Positions 55,959 to 64,000 of a stretch of DNA of 64,000 bases are shown here, piece after piece. Location: contig CAZBLW010000001.1 in assembly GCA_964493305.1 (NCBI GenBank), positions 241,484-305,483 of the forward strand. The letters are read 5' to 3'. This DNA is from an uncultured Gammaproteobacteria bacterium (lineage in GTDB: Bacteria > Patescibacteriota > Patescibacteriia > S139-126). Below the pieces are notes generated by a model. It was not told the origin of the DNA. It saw nothing but the letters and a program-made list of their open reading frames with translations, and searched no databases. Every line of letters begins with the position of its first letter. Positions within the stretch are counted from its first letter, which is position 1. The position numbers and the translations under genes were made by a program.

Positions 55959-57677
55959 ATGAGCGATATTTACACACAATTAAAACAGGTAATTGCCGAC
56001 CAAACTAAACTAGATAATTTTTCTTTGACCATACCACCTCAAGCTGATTTTGGTGATCTTAGTACCAACGTGGCTTTATTGGTGGCCAAACAAAAAAACC
56101 AAGATCCACAAGCGACAGCCAAAGAGTTGGCAACTGCTTTGCAATCTGATCCTTGGTTGGTGGCCAATGATATAAAAATTACTATTGCCGGTCAAGGTTT
56201 TATAAATTTTTTTATGCCTGCTAGTATTTTGTCAGCAGTTATTTGGCGAACAGCTTGGTCAAAAAAATTTACTAAAAAAAATCTTACTAAGCGAAAAAAA
56301 ATAATTATTGAATACTCATCGCCCAACACCAACAAACCTTTACACTTGGGTCATTTGCGCAATGATGCGATTGGTATGAGTCTGGCTAAAATTTATGAAC
56401 ACTTTGGCTATCAGGTTATAAAGACCGAAGTGATCAACGATCGGGGTATTCATATTATGAAAAGTTTATTGGCCTACCAAAAATGGGGTCAAGCTACCAA
56501 TCCTAAAAAAGAGGGTTGCAAAGGAGATAAATTGGTTGGTAATTTTTATGTCCAATTTAATCAAGCTGCCAAGCAGGATCCGGGGTTGTTAGCTGAGGCG
56601 GCGGCTTTACTGCAAGCTTGGGAAAAAAAAGACAAGAAAGTAGTGTCATTATGGGAAAAATTGAATACTTGGGTTTATAATGGTTGGCAACAAACTTACA
56701 AAATTTATAATTCTAAATTTGATGTGGTTTATTATGAAAGTAAACTTTATGATCAAGGCCGAGAGATTATTAAACGTGCAGGACAGCAGGGGATAGTCAA
56801 ACAAAATTCAGAAGGTGCTTGGGTTATTGATTTGAGTGCCTACGGTCTAGGTGGCCGCGATAGTGGTGAAAAAGTTTTATTACGTCCCGATGGTACTACC
56901 GTATATATGACGCAGGATATTTATTTGGCAGTTAAAAGATATCAAGATTTTGCTTTTGATAAAATGATATATGTTGTAGGTGATGAGCAAATTTATCATT
57001 TTAAGGTATTGTTTAAATTGTTAGAGATTTTGGGTTTTAGTTGGTATCAAAAATGTCAACATTATCCTTACGGACAAGTTTTGTTGCCTTCGGGCAAAAT
57101 GAAATCTCGTGAAGGCACTGTGGTTGATGCTGATGATTTAATTAATGATTTAACCAACCGCGCTTTAGTGGAAGTCAAAAAAAGACAAACCCATCTTTCA
57201 GTAAAAAAACAAACTGATTTGGCCACTACTATTGCCGTAGCGGCAATAAAATATTGGTTTTTAAAAACCAGTCCCAAATCAACTATCACTTTTGATCCCC
57301 AGGCTTCACTGAGTTTGGAAGGAAATACCGGACCTTATTTGCTTTATACTTTAGTAAGGTTGAAAAAAGTAATAAGTCGAGCCAAAGTAAAAAAGATAAA
57401 AGCAGTAATTTATCAGACTGAAGAAATTCCCTTGGTCAGAAAAATTTGGCAGTTTCCTTTGGCTTTGCAAACCTATTTTGATCGTCAGCAAGCTAACTAC
57501 TTAACAGAGTATTTATATAGCTTGGCCAGTTTAGTAAATAATTATTACCAGCAAGTACCTATTTTGCGCGCTCCAGAAAAGATTAGACAACAAAGATTGC
57601 AGTTGATTAGAGCTGCGGCCAATATTCTGGAATTAGGCCTTGATTTGCTCAATATTAAAACGGTTGATAAAATGTAA
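55959..57677 (+). CDS. argS: arginyl-tRNA synthetase
   Basis: FGDLSTN, EYSSPN.NKPLHLGHLRN, KMKSREG, GNTGPYL.Y. Confidence 0.96.
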   Translation: MSDIYTQLKQVIADQTKLDNFSLTIPPQADFGDLSTNVALLVAKQKNQDPQATAKELATALQSDPWLVANDIKITIAGQGFINFFMPASILSAVIWRTAWSKKFTKKNLTKRKKIIIEYSSPNTNKPLHLGHLRNDAIGMSLAKIYEHFGYQVIKTEVINDRGIHIMKSLLAYQKWGQATNPKKEGCKGDKLVGNFYVQFNQAAKQDPGLLAEAAALLQAWEKKDKKVVSLWEKLNTWVYNGWQQTYKIYNSKFDVVYYESKLYDQGREIIKRAGQQGIVKQNSEGAWVIDLSAYGLGGRDSGEKVLLRPDGTTVYMTQDIYLAVKRYQDFAFDKMIYVVGDEQIYHFKVLFKLLEILGFSWYQKCQHYPYGQVLLPSGKMKSREGTVVDADDLINDLTNRALVEVKKRQTHLSVKKQTDLATTIAVAAIKYWFLKTSPKSTITFDPQASLSLEGNTGPYLLYTLVRLKKVISRAKVKKIKAVIYQTEEIPLVRKIWQFPLALQTYFDRQQANYLTEYLYSLASLVNNYYQQVPILRAPEKIRQQRLQLIRAAANILELGLDLLNIKTVDKM

Positions 57678-57679
57678 CT

Positions 57680-58003
57680 ATGAATCAAGCTAAATGGTCA
57701 AATTTTATTGAACTGGTAAAAAATCAATTCACAGTAATAGACCAAGGTGATTACCAAACTGATATTCCTGGTGAAACAGTACAGTTTATTGAGTGGCACA
57801 ATGGTACTAAAGATATGCGGGCAGAATTGCATCTAAAACCGAAAGTGGTGGATAAAAAAACCTTTTACAGCAATCGTATTGGTAGTACAGTCAAAGAAGA
57901 GTATGTTTATGCGCCTGATGAAACAGTAGAATTTACTAAGTTTTTTGAAAAAAATCCTAGCAGTGATGATTGGCAAGAGGTTGATCTGGCCAAATATATG
58001 TGA
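57680..58003 (+). CDS. conserved hypothetical protein
   Basis: 107-aa ORF coupled to argS. Confidence 0.7.
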   Translation: MNQAKWSNFIELVKNQFTVIDQGDYQTDIPGETVQFIEWHNGTKDMRAELHLKPKVVDKKTFYSNRIGSTVKEEYVYAPDETVEFTKFFEKNPSSDDWQEVDLAKYM

Positions 58004-58106
58004 AAAAAACCATTTGCCTTTTTTAATCTTTGAGTGTTATAATAACATAAGTAAATTTTATTAAATTAATATCCTAATAATTAATTAGGGAAAGGACATA
58101 GCATTT

Positions 58107-58595
58107 ATGGAACCAAATACAACCAAAGCAGGAGAGGGTACTGCTTTTCAAAAACCAGCCAAAGCTAGTGGTGGTTTTGTTAAATGGGTAATTGTAGTAG
58201 TAGTTATTGCTTTAATTATTGTGTTAGGTTTGTATTTTATTTCTAAATACAGCCGTTTCAATGTTTTGGGTTTATCCGGAGGTAGCAATAGTTGGCAAGC
58301 AGTCTTTTTAACCAACGGTCAGGTATATTTTGGTAAGGTAGTGAAGGAAACCAGCAAGAACGTTGTGTTAAGGGATATTTATTATTTACAAGTTACTCAA
58401 CCTTTACAAACTTCTGGCGAGCAACAACAAGCAGCTGCTCAAAATGAGTTATCTTTGGTAAAATTGGGCAATGAATTACACGGACCAAAAGATGAAATGA
58501 GAATTAACGGTGCTCACGTTTTATTCGTTGAAGATTTAAAACCAGACAGTCGAGTAGTTGAAGCCATCACCAATTACAAAAATTCACAGCAGTAA
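58107..58595 (+). CDS. conserved hypothetical membrane-anchored protein
   Basis: TM, WQAVFLTNGQVYFG, LVKLGNELHGP. Confidence 0.8.
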   Translation: MEPNTTKAGEGTAFQKPAKASGGFVKWVIVVVVIALIIVLGLYFISKYSRFNVLGLSGGSNSWQAVFLTNGQVYFGKVVKETSKNVVLRDIYYLQVTQPLQTSGEQQQAAAQNELSLVKLGNELHGPKDEMRINGAHVLFVEDLKPDSRVVEAITNYKNSQQ

Positions 58596-58628
58596 GCTAG
58601 TAGTTCGAATTTTCAATTTTGCATTTAC

Positions 58629-58662
58629 TATAAAGTCCGCACCGAGTGTGCGGACTTTATTT
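58629..58662 (+). terminator. intrinsic terminator
   Basis: ataaagtccgcac-cgagt-gtgcggactttat. Confidence 0.8.
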
Positions 58663-58746
58663 AGTTTGTCTTTTTTGTTAGTTAAATTGACTTTTGCTTG
58701 TTTTTTCAGTACAATTTAAACATTCTATTAATTTTTTGTTTATATT

Positions 58747-61746
58747 ATGAGTCATTTAGATTTTCCTAAATTGGAAGAAGAAATATCAACTTTTTGGGAA
58801 AAAGAAAAAATTTTTCAAAAATCCCTAGATAAGGATTCACCTCAAGGTGAGTTTGTTTTTTATGAAGGTCCGCCAACTGCCAATGGTAAGCCCGGTATTC
58901 ATCACGTTTTAGCCAGAGCCTTCAAGGATTTAATTCCTCGTTATAAAACCATGCGCGGTTATCATGTAACTAGAAAAGCCGGTTGGGATACGCACGGACT
59001 TCCCGTAGAGTTACAAGTTGAAAAAGAACTGGGTATTTCCGGTAAACCCCAGATTGAATCTTTACGAGACAATATTGCTGATTCCATAAAGTATTTCAAT
59101 AGTAAATGTAAAGAATCAGTTTGGCAGTATAAAGAAGAATGGGAAAAACTTACCCGCCGCATGGGATTTTGGCTAGATATGGATAATCCTTATGTGACTT
59201 ATGAGAATAATTATATTGAAACTCTGTGGTGGATAATCAGACAAGTTTATGATAAAGGATTAATTTACCAAGGACATAAAGTTGTACCTCATTGTCCACG
59301 TTGTGGTACTGCACTTTCCAGTCACGAAGTAGCCCAAGGCTATCGTGAGGTGAAGGATCAATCAGTTTATATAAAATTCAGAGTTAAGAATAATGAATTA
59401 AGAATTAAGGGGGAAGATAATAGTGATGTTCCACTTTATATTCTTTCTTGGACTACTACACCTTGGACACTGCCGGGAAATGTAGCCCTGGCAGTGGGAA
59501 GTGATTTTGAATATGTCAAAGTTAGAATTAAGAATGAAGAATTAAGAATTAAGGAGGATTTAATAATTGCTAAGTCAAGGTTGAGTGTTTTGGGGCAGAT
59601 AGAGTGCGAAATTTTGGCTGAGTTTAAAGGCAGTGATTTAGTGGGAGTAGAATACGAACCGCTTTTTTCTGGCGCAATTTTAGAAACAGTAAAAAATTAT
59701 AAAAATGCTTATAAGGTTTATCCCGCTGATTTTGTTACCACTGAAGATGGTACCGGCGTGGTGCACACCGCAGTAATGTATGGTGAGGATGATTACAATT
59801 TGGGGGAAGAGGTTGATTTACCAAAAGTACATACCGTAAATGAAGACGGTAATTTTTCCTTCAAGCTTCAAGCTTCAAGCTTCAAGATTCTTGAAACCTT
59901 ACAAGATAAATTTGTCAAAGCTGAGGAAACAGAAAAAATCATTATCAATTATTTACAAGAACAAAAATTATTATTTAAACAAGAATTATATAAGCATGAT
60001 TATCCTTTTTGTTGGCGTTGTGATACTCCTTTACTTTATTACGCTAAGGATTCCTGGTTTATAAAAATGTCAGCTTTGCGTGAACAATTAAAAAACAACA
60101 ATCAAAATATAAACTGGGTACCCAGTCATATTAAAACGGGTCGTTTTGGTGAATGGTTGGATGGTGTCAAAGATTGGGCGATTTCTCGAGAGCGGTATTG
60201 GGGAACTCCCTTGCCAATTTGGAAATGCCAAGCCAATCAGAATAAAGAATTAAGAATCAAGAATCAAGAAGAATGCAGAAATATCAAAGTGATTGGTTCG
60301 TTTGCCGAGTTGGAAAAATTAAGCGGACAAAAAATAACCGATGCTCATCGGCCCTTGGTAGATGAAATTAAAATCAAGTGTGAACAGTGTGGTGGTGAAA
60401 TGGTTAGAGATACGGCTGTACTTGATTGTTGGTTTGACTCTGGAGCGATGCCGTTTGCGCAAATTCATTATCCGTTTGCCAATAAAGAATTGATTGATCA
60501 GAAAAATTGGTATCCAGCGGATTTTATTTGTGAGGCCATCGATCAAACTAGAGGGTGGTTTTATACTTTATTGGCAATTGCTACTTTACTTGATCAAGGA
60601 AGCCCTTATCAAAATGTTATTTGTCTCGGGCATATCAACGATAAGTATGGTAAAAAAATGTCCAAAAGCAAAGGCAATATTGTTGATCCCTGGGATATTA
60701 TGAATAAATATGGTGCTGATGCCTTGCGTTGGCATTTTTATACTATCAATCAACCCGGAGAGCCCAAAAATTTTGATGCCCAAAAAGTTGAAGAGGTGGT
60801 GAAAAAAAATTGGTTAATTTTGTCGAATGTACTGACCTTTTATAAAATGTATGCCGATCAAATTACCACTGTTACAAAAAATCCTGCTACTGATTTGCTC
60901 GATCAGTGGATTATGGCTTATTTACAACAAACCGTAATAAATGTTACTAAGGCGCTTGATAATTATGATATAACCCAAGCCGCCAGAACATTAACTGATT
61001 TTATCAATGATTTATCGACTTGGTATGTGCGGCGCAGTCGACAAAGATTCAAAGTCGGTGGTGAACCCCAAGCACAAGCAGTAAAAACTCTCGGATTTGT
61101 TTTGTTGGAATTTTCCAAATTGTTAGCACCTTTTGCACCGCATCTTGCAGAAAATATTTATCAAGAGTTGATCAAAAATTGTCCGGTCAAAGATCAAAGT
61201 TTTTCCCAGTCGGTTCACTTAGCCAATTGGCCACAACTAAATACGCTAGCTGAACCTAGTCACAATTTATTGCAGACCATGACTGAAGTTCGTGGAATTG
61301 TTACTCAGGCACTGGCTTTACGAGCAGAAGCAAAAATCAAAATTAGACAACCATTATCTACCCTTTATATCAAACAAAACAAATTACCAGCTGAATATTT
61401 GGAAATTTTACGTGATGAGGTAAATGTAAATGAAGTAGTTTTAGGTGCTGCGGAAATTAAATTGGACACAGAAATAAACGAATCCTTAGCACGAGCTGGT
61501 CATGCTCGAGAATTAATTCGTACTATAAACAATTTACGCAAACAGGCAGGTTTAACCATTACCGATAAGGTTGTTTTGTATTTGGTATTGTCTAAGCACT
61601 TGCAGTCACTTTTAGAACCAGTATTGGAAACTATTCAGAGTAATACATTGAGCGAGCAAGTTGTGTTTGAGCAACAATCTGACATTATGGCTCAAGAAAT
61701 AAATTTAGCTGACGAAAAAATTTGGGTAGGGATAAAAAAAATATGA
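58747..61746 (+). CDS. ileS: isoleucyl-tRNA synthetase, type 2
   Basis: FYEGPPTANG.PGIHH, GWDTHGLPVE, WTTTPWTL, ISRERYWG, KMSKS. Confidence 0.97.
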   Translation: MSHLDFPKLEEEISTFWEKEKIFQKSLDKDSPQGEFVFYEGPPTANGKPGIHHVLARAFKDLIPRYKTMRGYHVTRKAGWDTHGLPVELQVEKELGISGKPQIESLRDNIADSIKYFNSKCKESVWQYKEEWEKLTRRMGFWLDMDNPYVTYENNYIETLWWIIRQVYDKGLIYQGHKVVPHCPRCGTALSSHEVAQGYREVKDQSVYIKFRVKNNELRIKGEDNSDVPLYILSWTTTPWTLPGNVALAVGSDFEYVKVRIKNEELRIKEDLIIAKSRLSVLGQIECEILAEFKGSDLVGVEYEPLFSGAILETVKNYKNAYKVYPADFVTTEDGTGVVHTAVMYGEDDYNLGEEVDLPKVHTVNEDGNFSFKLQASSFKILETLQDKFVKAEETEKIIINYLQEQKLLFKQELYKHDYPFCWRCDTPLLYYAKDSWFIKMSALREQLKNNNQNINWVPSHIKTGRFGEWLDGVKDWAISRERYWGTPLPIWKCQANQNKELRIKNQEECRNIKVIGSFAELEKLSGQKITDAHRPLVDEIKIKCEQCGGEMVRDTAVLDCWFDSGAMPFAQIHYPFANKELIDQKNWYPADFICEAIDQTRGWFYTLLAIATLLDQGSPYQNVICLGHINDKYGKKMSKSKGNIVDPWDIMNKYGADALRWHFYTINQPGEPKNFDAQKVEEVVKKNWLILSNVLTFYKMYADQITTVTKNPATDLLDQWIMAYLQQTVINVTKALDNYDITQAARTLTDFINDLSTWYVRRSRQRFKVGGEPQAQAVKTLGFVLLEFSKLLAPFAPHLAENIYQELIKNCPVKDQSFSQSVHLANWPQLNTLAEPSHNLLQTMTEVRGIVTQALALRAEAKIKIRQPLSTLYIKQNKLPAEYLEILRDEVNVNEVVLGAAEIKLDTEINESLARAGHARELIRTINNLRKQAGLTITDKVVLYLVLSKHLQSLLEPVLETIQSNTLSEQVVFEQQSDIMAQEINLADEKIWVGIKKI

Positions 61747-62528
61747 CCATAATTTTACCAGCAGTAATTTTGCGTCATCAACCGATTGGAGAAAATGATT
61801 TATTGGTAACGTTTTTTACTAAAGAGAAAGGAAAATTAACCGCTCGTGCCAAAGGGGTTAGAAAAGCTCAAGCTAAGTTACGAGGTCTGATCGAAGTAGG
61901 TAATGAGATTAAAATAATGTTAGCACCGGGGAAAAATCAAATACACATAGCTGGCGGTGAGATTATTGATAGTCATCTTTTATTACGTCAGGATTTGGAG
62001 TTAATGTTGTTGTGGCAGTCCTTGTTGGAAGTTGTAAATTATTCAACCGTACCCAACGAAATTGAACAAGTAGTTTATGATTTGATTGTGAATTGGTCAA
62101 AATTTTTACAAAGTAATTTTAAAAAGAAATCACCCCGCAATCCTTTGATTTTTTATTTGCTTACTTGGCAGTTTTTTTCTTTACTTGGCTTTCAACCCCA
62201 GCTCTACAAATGTTTGCGGAGCAATCAACTACTGTCGGCTGAGGACTGCTTTTTTTCTGTTGTTGAGGGAGGTGTAGTAAAAGCCAAGTATGCCAACGGT
62301 TCTGACTTGCCTTTATCATTAGCTGGTTTAAAAATTTTGCGATATTTATTGGGGGATAATTTTTGGAACGTATTGGCTGATGTTTATCGTTTCAAAATAA
62401 GTCAACAGCAAATTAATCAATTAGAAAAAGTTTTAATCAAATATACAGAATCAATTATTGAAAAAAAGATTAACAGTCTAAATTATTTACAAATAGTAAA
62501 TCTGTATGGAAATAAAATCTTGGCGTGA
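61743..62528 (+). CDS. recO: DNA repair protein RecO
   Basis: GENDLLVTFFT...GKL...AKGVRK; GFQPQL..C. Confidence 0.9.
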   Translation: MTIILPAVILRHQPIGENDLLVTFFTKEKGKLTARAKGVRKAQAKLRGLIEVGNEIKIMLAPGKNQIHIAGGEIIDSHLLLRQDLELMLLWQSLLEVVNYSTVPNEIEQVVYDLIVNWSKFLQSNFKKKSPRNPLIFYLLTWQFFSLLGFQPQLYKCLRSNQLLSAEDCFFSVVEGGVVKAKYANGSDLPLSLAGLKILRYLLGDNFWNVLADVYRFKISQQQINQLEKVLIKYTESIIEKKINSLNYLQIVNLYGNKILA

Positions 62529-64000
62529 GCTTAGTAAAAAGAAATCCCGGCGGAGGAAAAATAAGTTGTCGCGAGCGTCCCAAAATAATTTACCAACCGC
62601 TGAAATTACCACTGCTATTGAGCAGATGTATTTGAGCCAGACACCAGCGGTTGCTAGTCAGGAAGAACAAAATGATAACAATATGAAAAAAAACAATTAT
62701 TATAAAAAAAGTAAATTTAGTCAGTCAAAGAAAACCAGCCATAATAAAAAAATAAAAAATGGTATTTTTTGGATGATAATTGTTTTTTTACTGTTGTCAT
62801 CAGCTACCTTGCTTTATAGTGCTTTTCGTTTTGGCGGAGCGGGTAGTAGTCGTGATGATATTGAGCTTACTTTAACTGGACCGGAATCGGTAGCGATTGG
62901 AGAAGAATCAACTTGGGTTATAAATTACAAAAATATTAGTAAAGTTAATTTGGAAAAGATTAATATTTCAGTTCGTTATCCTGATGGTTTAAAATTGAAA
63001 TCTACTGAACCGGCCGCTGATAATTTATTGAATACCAGTTGGCAAATGGGTGAATTGCCAAAAGGCGAAGCCGGAGAAATAAAAATAAACGCCCAACTAT
63101 ATGGTGAAGAAAATGATTCCAAAGATTTTGTTGTTGAAGTTGTGTACCAACCAGCCAATTTTAGTTCGGATTTTATTGAATCTTTAACTAAATCAGTCAA
63201 ATTGGGACAATCGCAATTTTCCATTGCTTGGCAATTGCCCGAGTCAATTCTACCAGAAGTCGAACAAGATATGTCCTGGCAAATTAGTAATCTTAGTGGT
63301 CAAGAGCTATCAGCTGTTAGAATTCGTTTAATCACTAGTAAAAATTTTGTTATGACCAATCCACGTCCGGAAATAGCAGAAATTGCTGATGTACCAGAAG
63401 GTAAGGCATATATTTGGCCTACCAGAAATTTTATGAATAATCAGTCAATAAGTTTTAATTTTAAAGGAAAATTTTCCGCGGGCGTAAGTGGTTTAGAAAA
63501 ATTTAAAATTGAAATTAGCAGCGGTGAAGACAATGTAAAAGTTCTGCAGGAAACTGAAAAAAATATTGTTATCTTAGGTGAAGAATTGGCTTTACAAATG
63601 ACTATAAACAATCAAACTACTTTAAACGAAGTAGCGCCTGGTCAGAAATTGAATTATCAATTAATTTTACAAAATACTTCCGGTCTTGATTTAAAGGATT
63701 TACAAGTAGTGCTTAAAACCAATGCTGATATGGTTGCTTGGGAGACTTTAAAAACGGCAGTTGAACCAACTATTGGTGAAGATGGCCAGATTATTTTAAC
63801 TGGTGATAATTTTCCTTTATTACAAACTTTGGCCAAAGGTCAAGAGCTAAAAATAAATTATGAAGTTAGTTTAAAAAACAACCTAACTAATTTATCTGAC
63901 AACTACCGTACTTACGCAGAAGTAACGGTTGGAAAAGTTGGTGAAGAACAGAAAAACGATTTAAGTTTTTCTACCCCGGTGCAATCAGCTAAAATAATTT
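62506..64000 (+). CDS. membrane-anchored Ig-like repeat (DUF11-like) protein, truncated by window end
   Basis: ATG 62506 (MEIKSWRE...), TM WMIIVFLLLSS, GEE...VINYKN..V.L...P.GF and PGQKLNYQL..QNTS; frame appears open to the end. Confidence 0.75.
   Translation, partial: MEIKSWRELSKKKSRRRKNKLSRASQNNLPTAEITTAIEQMYLSQTPAVASQEEQNDNNMKKNNYYKKSKFSQSKKTSHNKKIKNGIFWMIIVFLLLSSATLLYSAFRFGGAGSSRDDIELTLTGPESVAIGEESTWVINYKNISKVNLEKINISVRYPDGLKLKSTEPAADNLLNTSWQMGELPKGEAGEIKINAQLYGEENDSKDFVVEVVYQPANFSSDFIESLTKSVKLGQSQFSIAWQLPESILPEVEQDMSWQISNLSGQELSAVRIRLITSKNFVMTNPRPEIAEIADVPEGKAYIWPTRNFMNNQSISFNFKGKFSAGVSGLEKFKIEISSGEDNVKVLQETEKNIVILGEELALQMTINNQTTLNEVAPGQKLNYQLILQNTSGLDLKDLQVVLKTNADMVAWETLKTAVEPTIGEDGQIILTGDNFPLLQTLAKGQELKINYEVSLKNNLTNLSDNYRTYAEVTVGKVGEEQKNDLSFSTPVQSAKII

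Noticed and set aside
997-63224. Numerous short antisense or alternate-frame ORFs inside conserved genes (e.g. 997-1242, 28606-28998, 39458-39772, 62976-63224)
   Set aside because: Shadow ORFs of well-supported genes with no motifs or expression signals
1-64000. UGA recoding (genetic code 25)
   Set aside because: Conserved genes such as nrdJ, gatA, pilD and ileS end at TGA at expected lengths, and RF2 is present

Overview
A low-GC, gene-dense bacterial chromosome segment read with the standard code (TGA used as stop; RF2 present). Gene content and protein motifs suggest a Patescibacteria/CPR (Parcubacteria-like) organism; this is an inference. In order, the window holds: an NrdR-boxed operon linking class II (B12-dependent) ribonucleotide reductase to a putative cobalamin salvage module (PduO, DUF4430, BtuM-like); htrA, prfB, queG, split comEC and ndk; a 6S-like ncRNA; tRNA-Pro with a GIY-YIG mini-element; a complete type IV pilus locus with a catalytically degenerate PilT; ligA, gatCA, trxB, dsbA and lgt; tRNA-Asp; infC-rpmI-rplT; tmRNA and smpB; argS, ileS and recO. 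No CRISPR array, integrase or IS transposase is seen. The most unusual signals are: (i) miniature structured elements that duplicate or abut stable-RNA genes, one encoding a GIY-YIG nuclease that uses the tRNA as its stop codon; (ii) dispersed 7-bp tandem arrays that also occur inside ileS without breaking the frame; (iii) counter-oriented orphan genes with a shared promoter, boxA-like and strong-SD architecture; (iv) a promoter-driven pair of degenerate tRNA-like RNAs; (v) the B12-salvage/RNR operon. All family assignments come from motif recognition by eye, not database searches.
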